Sequence record: NC_031107.2
Length of the DNA stretch: 64,000 bases
Direction: 5' to 3' (one strand)
How positions within the stretch are numbered: position 1 is the stretch's first letter; the number at the start of each line of letters is the position of its first letter. Both the position numbers and the translations under genes were made by a program. Shown here one piece after another: positions 18,298 through 25,400 of the stretch. Below the pieces are notes generated by a model, which was not told where the DNA came from, searched no databases, and was given only the letters and a program-made list of their open reading frames with translations.

Positions 18298-19195
18298 TGC
18301 GATTTAACCCCGCTTGCACTACACGATTGATATACTGGTAAGCGTCGTATCCGATAACTTCGGCCAGACGATTACACCCTGAGCTAAGCACATCGAGCGC
18401 ATTGTCAGACTGGTCAAACGTGGCGTCGGATTTTACCCACACCAGATTGCTACAGTCATCACAATGTTGGCTGAAGAACTTATTGATGCTCAGCGTCTGA
18501 TGGAACCCGTTAAGGTTGTTCAGCTCAGTCAACTGGTCGTGCATTTTGTTGTACCCGTACATGAAGTTCATGACGAGATCCTGGTTCAGCGGCTTAGGCA
18601 TGAAGTTATCAAACATCACGCGGTAGCCGTTGAACTTGTAATGGTACAACGCTTCGTGGAGTTTCAGCAGGTCGAGGAACCAGTGTTTCGGTGCCAGTTG
18701 GGCACGCGTAATCACCGACCACAACGTGATGTTGTCCAGTGCGTCAAACACTTCGAAAGCATCGTAGCGACGCTCCTCAGCGATACGCAGTAACGGACGC
18801 TCGGATTCCGCATAGCCGTCAAACGAGACGAAAATGCGATCCATTTGCTTAAGCACCGGCAACTGGGCCGGGGTCAGTCGCAGACCGTTGGTGTACATTT
18901 CATGCTGTAAGTGCGGGTAGCGCTCTTTCAGTTCAGCCATGAAATCCTGGATTTTGTTGATGGCCAGTAACGGCTCACCCCCAGTCCAGTTAATCTGCTG
19001 AATAGTCGGATGGGCTTCCAGCGTTTCAAACAGCTTCTCTCTTTGGACGTCGCGCGCACTGTCTTTGACGTCCATATACCCAACACCGCCACAGAAGCTA
19101 CAATCTAAATTGCACTTCGAGGTGGTGACTATCGACAGCTCCATTGGAGCTGACGAAGGGTCGCGACGAATAGCCGACACAGCTTCTTCACTCAT
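18290..19195 (-). CDS. Second, shorter radical SAM protein (301 aa)
   Basis: CNLDCSFC, WTGGEPLL, YTNG, VSFDG; short C-terminal CDDC...GCNRL; 8-nt overlap with the next gene. Confidence 0.9.
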   Translation of the reverse strand: MSEEAVSAIRRDPSSAPMELSIVTTSKCNLDCSFCGGVGYMDVKDSARDVQREKLFETLEAHPTIQQINWTGGEPLLAINKIQDFMAELKERYPHLQHEMYTNGLRLTPAQLPVLKQMDRIFVSFDGYAESERPLLRIAEERRYDAFEVFDALDNITLWSVITRAQLAPKHWFLDLLKLHEALYHYKFNGYRVMFDNFMPKPLNQDLVMNFMYGYNKMHDQLTELNNLNGFHQTLSINKFFSQHCDDCSNLVWVKSDATFDQSDNALDVLSSGCNRLAEVIGYDAYQYINRVVQAGLNRNA

Positions 19196-19211
19196 TGCAG
19201 GTTTACTCCAG

Positions 19212-20099
19212 TTATTCGAACGTCAGCTTGAACAGCGGGTCATCTTTGATGTCCACACCCGTCTTTAACACAAACGGCGAGTTGTAGGCATCGAGGATCT
19301 GGTTCAGAATTGCCTGACGAGCATTCACGCGCTGTAAGTCATCTAATGTGACTGTGCGAGCACGGAAGGCAGACACGACAGTTTTTTCTTCGTCTGTCAG
19401 GTCTACTTTAGTCAGCAGGAACGCTACCAGTTTGTTCAGGTCTGCTTCGGTAGAAGGTGATTCGCCGAACTTGGCTTGCACCAGGTACTGCATCCACGGC
19501 TTGCGGATACGCTTGGTGATTTCATGTTCGTCGAAAATGGCTTCGAATTGTTTTGCTTCCGGGTTCCAGATGAACTTGTAGCTGTAGGCCAGCAAGTCCA
19601 ACATGTTGGTAATCCCGTGCTTTTCAAAGCCAACAATTGGGTAATACTCTTCAACACCGGTGTATTGCTCGGTGTCTTTTGTCACCTGCGTATACCAGCC
19701 CGGCATAGAACCCATATAGTCCCAGCTCCATTCACGACGCGCCATCGGTTTCAGGTCGCTTTCAGCAAACGGAATCAGGAACATTTCCAGGTCAACCACC
19801 TGGTTCAGTACAGCGTCGCTCAGGAAATACTTCCCGTCGACCAGACGACCCCACACGTCCTGCTCACCGGCAGTGATGTGGATGTGTTGCACCGTATGGC
19901 CCGCCAGTTCGTAAGTTGCTTCTACCGTGTAACTTTTCGGATTAGCAATCTCACGACCACGCACCTTCGGCCACTCCCCCGGTAACTGGCTAATCAGGCG
20001 CACTTCGTCGAGCAGGTGGTATTTCACGCTGTCGTAGATGCTGATTTGCAGTGGGAAGTTTTGCGTTGTTTTAAACGCAAGGTGTAGATCGTTCTTCAT
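19212..20099 (-). CDS. Hypothetical protein between the precursors and radical SAM genes (295 aa)
   Basis: Clean ORF with AAGGGG RBS, tightly packed in the operon; no motif recognised. Confidence 0.7.
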   Translation of the reverse strand: MKNDLHLAFKTTQNFPLQISIYDSVKYHLLDEVRLISQLPGEWPKVRGREIANPKSYTVEATYELAGHTVQHIHITAGEQDVWGRLVDGKYFLSDAVLNQVVDLEMFLIPFAESDLKPMARREWSWDYMGSMPGWYTQVTKDTEQYTGVEEYYPIVGFEKHGITNMLDLLAYSYKFIWNPEAKQFEAIFDEHEITKRIRKPWMQYLVQAKFGESPSTEADLNKLVAFLLTKVDLTDEEKTVVSAFRARTVTLDDLQRVNARQAILNQILDAYNSPFVLKTGVDIKDDPLFKLTFE

Positions 20100-20112
20100 T
20101 TAAATAGTCCCC

Positions 20113-20319
20113 TTATCGGTTCCCCGCTCCGTGACTACAGCCACCGCTACACGTCCAGCTGCATGACCCACCACAGTTGTAGTGCGACAGTGGCAGTCCT
20201 GCAAGGTTATTGGTGCTACTAACAATCCCCTGCGTTGCGATAAAGTTATTCGCATCGGAGGTTTTGATGTAGCCCTCAACTTGCACCATTCGGTCACGAA
20301 TGTTTTTTAGTGAAATCAC
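20113..20319 (-). CDS. Cxxx-repeat precursor peptide P3 (68 aa, 4 Cys)
   Basis: GTG start after GGGGG; leader ISLKNIRDR as in P1; core NCGGSCSWTCSGGC. Confidence 0.85.
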   Translation of the reverse strand: MISLKNIRDRMVQVEGYIKTSDANNFIATQGIVSSTNNLAGLPLSHYNCGGSCSWTCSGGCSHGAGNR

Positions 20320-20362
20320 ACTAACCCCCCAATTCGTAAAAAGTTAAATGGGGCATCGGGTC

Positions 20363-20761
20363 TTAACGCATTGGTCCGGAACAACCAGAACAACCGGAGC
20401 AGCTGGAAGAACAGGAAGACGAACAGCCTGTTGAGCAGGTACCGGAGCAACCATTTGCACAGCCACCTGAACATGCACCAGAACACCCTGTACATGTTGA
20501 AGAACAGCCAGACGTACAGCTGGCAGAACAGCTTGCCCCACACGTTCCCGATGCGGAACCCGAACACCCGCCTGAACAGGATGAACACGTCCAACTACAC
20601 GTACCGCCGCAGTCATAGTGCGCCCGCGGTTGACCGCCAAATAAGTTGGAGTTGTTTGTGGCTTTGTTACGGATGTAACTTTGCACGCCCGCTGCGGTCT
20701 TTAACGCGTTGGCGTCGATAACATTCAGACGATTCTGAATATCTTTAAGGTTGATAGCCAT
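20363..20761 (-). CDS. Cxxx-repeat precursor peptide P2 (132 aa, 20 Cys)
   Basis: ATG 20761 after TAGGAG (track start 20830 moved); MAINLKDIQNRL leader; core DCGGTCSWTCS...CSGCSGCSGP. Confidence 0.88.
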   Translation of the reverse strand: MAINLKDIQNRLNVIDANALKTAAGVQSYIRNKATNNSNLFGGQPRAHYDCGGTCSWTCSSCSGGCSGSASGTCGASCSASCTSGCSSTCTGCSGACSGGCANGCSGTCSTGCSSSCSSSCSGCSGCSGPMR

Positions 20762-20772
20762 GTTGTCTCCTA

Positions 20773-21156
20773 CTACGGCCCAGAGCAGCCAGAACAGCCA
20801 GTGCAGCTCGATGAGCACGATCCAGAGCACCCGCTACATTTACCCGAGCAGCCGCCAGAGCAACTACCTGAACAACCTGAGCAACCCGAACACCCGGTAG
20901 AACACCCGCCCGTACAACTGCCTGTACATGTCGACGTACATGTACCTGAGCAACTGGTACAACTTGCCGAACAACCGTTAGAGCACGACCAGCTACACGT
21001 TCCGCCACAGTCCAACTGTCCCGGTGTCCATCCAGCGAAGCGGTCTTGGGCGTTATTCGCCTGTGCCGCTACCTGACCATCAACACGGGGGCCGGTGGCG
21101 TAATTGCTCTCCACAGTTTGCAGGCGGTCGCGTATGTTTTTAAGTGAGATTGCCAT
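20773..21156 (-). CDS. Cxxx-repeat precursor peptide P1 (127 aa, 21 Cys)
   Basis: ATG after AAGGA; MAISLKNIRDRL leader; core DCGGTCSWSCS...CSGCSGP. Confidence 0.88.
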   Translation of the reverse strand: MAISLKNIRDRLQTVESNYATGPRVDGQVAAQANNAQDRFAGWTPGQLDCGGTCSWSCSNGCSASCTSCSGTCTSTCTGSCTGGCSTGCSGCSGCSGSCSGGCSGKCSGCSGSCSSSCTGCSGCSGP

Positions 21157-21167
21157 ACGTTTCCTTT

Positions 21168-21207
21168 AAGAATAAAAAAGAGGACTCTGCCATATAGACA
21201 GGTCCTC
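21168..21207 (-). terminator. Probable terminator between the 399-aa fibre gene and P1
   Basis: GAGGAC...GTCCTC stem followed on the - strand by TTTTTTATTCTT. Confidence 0.55.
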
Positions 21208-21222
21208 GTGTTTTTAAAAAGT

Positions 21223-22422
21223 TTATCGTGTACCGGCTTCGGCTTGTACGTCGTCGCGAGTGGTGAGACTGTTGTTGACGTGTACCGCGGCCTGTACCAC
21301 ACCGCCATACGTTTTGTGCAGGTAGTTCGGGTGCGGGTTGTCTGCCGCAACGTGGTTTGCCAGGTTTTGGTTCGCCTGAGAAATCGCGTTGGTGTTATTG
21401 GTAACACGGGTATTGAGTGCGGTAATCTGGGATTGCAGGTTGTCGAACTTCTGTTGGAAGTCCTGGCCTTGCGATTCCAAATCCGCCACACGTTGGGTTA
21501 ACCCGTTAACCAGCGACTGCAGATCGTTGACCATCTTTTGCAGTTGCAGTACCAGCGAGTTGAGGTTTGCCAAAGCAAGCGACATCTTCTGGTAGTTCTG
21601 CGCCACCACGTTGAGCTGGTCGTTCCAGGCTACCAGTGATTGCACCACCGCATCGATACGGGCACCCAGAGCCGTATCTGCAGTTTTCAGGCCGTTGATA
21701 TCCTGAATAGTCGCATCAATCGCAGATTGCACGCCTGCAATCAAAGCACGAATCTCGGTTTCGGTCAGGCCGTTAGCCTGGTGAATATCGAGTTTGTGCA
21801 CATTGCCCTGGGCATTAACGTGGGCGTTCAGGGCATCGAGGAAGTCTTGCTTCAACCCGTCGATGATGGCTTTGATTTGTTCCAGCTGTACTGCCGAGCC
21901 GGAGTTAATCGCATCCTTAATCCCTGAGAGCACCGTGATGATGAATTCGAACCCGTAGATGTCACCCACGTCTTTAAACGTCGGAGCAGACGGGAACGTA
22001 TCCGGCACGTTGCGCAGGTCTTTGAAATCTACCGTACGGTCTTCGAGTTTCAGCTCTTTAATAGCTTGCTCGATGGCCACTACGTTGGCAGACTGCGGCC
22101 CACCGATGACTTGGGCAGCGACGGTAATAGAGGTAGGGATTGCCGAGTTGGTAACCACCACCGCCATAACGACTTCACGGCCTTTGGTGAGCTTCTCATA
22201 CGCCGGGTGCAGGAAGACCAACTCGTAGTCTGTCCCGCGTTTGTACAGCGTGCCAGGTTTGTTACTGGCATACATCTTAAATGTATCTGCGTAAAACGGG
22301 CCCGCCGGGAATGCAAAGGCACGGTTGACTTTACCCGAGCCCAACGTAATCGGTCGGGTAACGGCGTTAGAAGTCAGCGTGCCCCTGAGGTCAAGCGGGT
22401 ACTGAAAAACAATATCGGCCAT
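21223..22422 (-). CDS. Short coiled-coil tail-fibre-like virion protein (399 aa)
   Basis: N-terminal YPLDLRG...N domain shared with the long fibre genes; long heptad region; HVAADNPH motif; no obvious C-terminal head. Confidence 0.7.
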   Translation of the reverse strand: MADIVFQYPLDLRGTLTSNAVTRPITLGSGKVNRAFAFPAGPFYADTFKMYASNKPGTLYKRGTDYELVFLHPAYEKLTKGREVVMAVVVTNSAIPTSITVAAQVIGGPQSANVVAIEQAIKELKLEDRTVDFKDLRNVPDTFPSAPTFKDVGDIYGFEFIITVLSGIKDAINSGSAVQLEQIKAIIDGLKQDFLDALNAHVNAQGNVHKLDIHQANGLTETEIRALIAGVQSAIDATIQDINGLKTADTALGARIDAVVQSLVAWNDQLNVVAQNYQKMSLALANLNSLVLQLQKMVNDLQSLVNGLTQRVADLESQGQDFQQKFDNLQSQITALNTRVTNNTNAISQANQNLANHVAADNPHPNYLHKTYGGVVQAAVHVNNSLTTRDDVQAEAGTR

Positions 22423-22466
22423 GGCCAGAACTCCTTTGATTGGGGCGTCCGTGCCCCACAGCGCTG

Positions 22467-25400
22467 TTAAGACTTGAACATAAGATTGACCTGAATCTCA
22501 TCGAGGTCAACCAGTGCACCGCCCGCAGCATATTCACACGCCACCGACAACGTCAGTGTCCCCGCATCATAACTCGCCTGGTATGGCGGGTTAAGCCCAT
22601 CATTACCAGCATGTATCACGACAGCCGGTTCAGATGGCAGATTTGGAATCACCAGTTCGCGTGCCACTCTCACCACCCCGCCTCCGTTCAACTCGCTGGA
22701 TGCGTAGATAAGGAATGGGGTATCGACATCTGTTTGACGGAACACCGTACCGGTTGCGTCCTCTACCACTTGCATGGAAAGGATTTTATTTCCCAGCGAC
22801 TGGTATTGCGCGGCGGTCAGTTGTACGGACATGTGCATCACGTACTCCATCCCGGCTGCTAAACCAGAACCCACGATATTTACAAGGTCATTGCCGGTAT
22901 TAAACGTCATTTCCGACGACTGGCTAGTAGCCGCTGAATTCAAGCAGTATTTGAAACTGCTGATTCCATTTGGCACTGCATATCGCTGACTGATCATCTT
23001 GCTGGCGTCACCCACATTGCCTGGAACGGTAAAGCGCAGCTGCGCCACCGCAGTATAGGTTTCCCCTGATACCACTGGCGACATCTGTGCCCCAATCCAT
23101 TTCATGTTAAAGCTGGCCGCTTTTGCGTTATCCCCGGATACAGCTGCGGTTTCCATGGGGTTCTTTAACCAGAAGCGGCGAGCAACGTTCTGGAAGTGTT
23201 CCCACTTGGTGACAGCAAAACCTGCAAACCGCTTCTGAATCGGTAAAGCGGGCCGCAGCTGATGTTCGATACCTTTATACAGCTCCTGACCATCGGCATA
23301 TCCCGCCACCCCAAGACCAGGGGTCGAGAGCGCAACCCGTTTCAACAGACCCATCGAACCCACACGCGATTCACGCGCCGCCGAAACGTCATGGCGATAC
23401 GCAACCCCTGCGTGTTCTTCAAGCTGTTTCACCTGACCCAGACGTTTTACCTGCTGGATATCCTGCCCCGTAATACGGTTAGCATCGGTTGTCACCCAAC
23501 CCACGTACAGCAAACTGTCAGTGTCGGGGTGACGTACCGTGTCCATCAGATAACTTGCGCTACCGTTAACTACCTGAGCGTGCAGATAGAAAGTCCGATT
23601 GGCGTGTGCCGTTGGGTAAACATCACTGAGGTCAATCGACCAGGTCGGGAGTGTATAGCTGGCACTACCGAACGACAGCTCCACTTCTTCCGTCAGATAG
23701 AGAATCCACCCTTCGGCAGTCTCCACCCCAGCCAAAATAACCGCTTGCGGTGAAGCCGTGGTCGCAAAGGTAGGGTCAGCAACGAAGTTTGCCAGCGTAT
23801 ACGCATCCCCGGAACAGAACACACGGTCTGCTTTCGAATAAATGCGCGCGACACTATTCCAGCTGCCAGCACCCATGTAGACCACAGACTCAGGCGTGTG
23901 TGACGGAGCCATACGACGCAGTGCCGTTTTCCCTGCCACTTTTGTCCACGTCCCGCTACTGTAACGCAACCCTGCCGCATAACCGACCGATGCCAAATCC
24001 CCAATCAGGCGCAGCCCTAACGTGTACGGTAACCAGATAGCAAAATCGGTTCCGTTAGTGGAGGCCATAATCGGCTGACCCACACGTTTGGTTTTCCCAC
24101 CGGTAATCTCTCCCAACATCGCGTAGTTCAGACCGTAGTCCAGGTTGTTGAAGAAATCGAGCAGGTTTACTGCTGCCGTCGGGAACGATACATTGCCACC
24201 GGAAATGGTTGGCGTCATTGTGAAGTAATAGACGTCAAGGGTATTGACGTTGTTCACTACACGTTGTGCCGAGACCTGAATCAGCGTCAATGGATGCGCC
24301 GTACCAATACCCATAAACCAGACAGCAAACAGCGCTTTCCCGGCCTGATTAGCGGCATTGATGTATTCCGATGCGTACCCGTTTGCGGCCCCTGTCGGTG
24401 CCCCGTCCAGAATAGATTGCTTCATCTTATTCCATTCGGTTTGCGTCAGGTTCAACCGGTCAGCTGCCAAGGCAAAGTTACCCGGTACGTTCTTGTACGG
24501 GAAAGACTCAGGTCCCGTACAGTACCAGCCATTCAGCACACCCACGCCTTGAGACGGCGTCAGCATCAACGGGATGTTGCTCAACTGTTCATAGAGGGTG
24601 CTATCTACTACACGCCGCGCGTTGTCCGGGCCGTAGCCGCTGTAGCCTGCCACGTTATACGGTTTGTTCGGGTCAACTTCAACCTCGATTGCTGTCCGTG
24701 TACGTGGGTCAGATAGCCACAACAGATTCGAACCACCCAACCCTAACGGATACGACATCCCAGTGGAGTAAACAGACCCACGCCCCTGGTTTAACGTTGC
24801 CGCACTGTTTTGGGTGGCATCGGCAAACGCGGTATAGTCGTAGCGCAGGAAATCGTACAAGGATTTCCCTTTGGCAGGCCGGATAGCAATCCCTGGCATC
24901 TGGTCAGCATCACCTGCCAGCCACTGCGACACCACTACATCATTTACTACCGTCGCGAACGTGCGGTTGTTTGCCACACCACCGTGCCATTTGCCTTGGG
25001 TAAATCCATCAAACGTACCGTCGGCATATTTCACGGTTGTGACATCAGCAACCAGCGGGAAACGCTGCGGACATTCCAGCGTGACGGTGTTCGCTTCGGT
25101 ATCCAGTACAAAACTGGTTTGCCATTGGCTGAAATTCAATACGTCACCGTTAGGTGCAGCGAACCACATTGTTGGGGCATGGTTAACGCGCACCTTACCT
25201 TCGCTGACCCCGTACATGTGGTTGGCTTCTGGCCCATGTACGAAGTTAGTGGCGTTCGCCCATTTCGCTGCCGCTTCTGGCGTCAAATAGGTGACGAACG
25301 GGCCTGTTTGTGAGGCTGCTGTTTTCTGGCCGTAACGAATCATCAGGTTATCACCCGACATCCCGCTTTCACCGGTCAGTATCACGCGTTCAAACGTTAC

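Noticed and set aside
16734-18330. Long + strand ORFs opposite rSAM1 (214, 133, 201 aa)
   Set aside because: Antisense shadows of a gene with clear catalytic motifs; no recognisable features.
20762-20830. 23-aa hydrophobic N-extension of P2 (MLWIVLIELHWLFW...), which looks like a signal peptide
   Set aside because: It is an off-frame reading of the P1 repeat; the true start is ATG 20761 after TAGGAG, matching the P1/P3 leader.
20316-21076. Alternative ORFs over the Cys-rich repeats (20316-20594, 20344-20640, 20371-20721, 20745-21008, 20801-21076; PEQ-, VQV- or LF-rich products)
   Set aside because: Other-frame or antisense read-outs of the low-complexity TG(T/C)-TC(N)-GG(N) codons; no RBS. 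The Cys frames have RBSs and conserved leaders.
20113-21156. CRISPR array or DNA tandem repeat
   Set aside because: The repetition is at protein level with variable synonymous codons; no constant repeat-spacer structure and no cas genes.
21156-21225. Frameshift or readthrough fusing the 399-aa fibre to P1
   Set aside because: Different frames, a 66-nt gap containing a terminator-like hairpin, a separate RBS for P1, and no slippery site identified.
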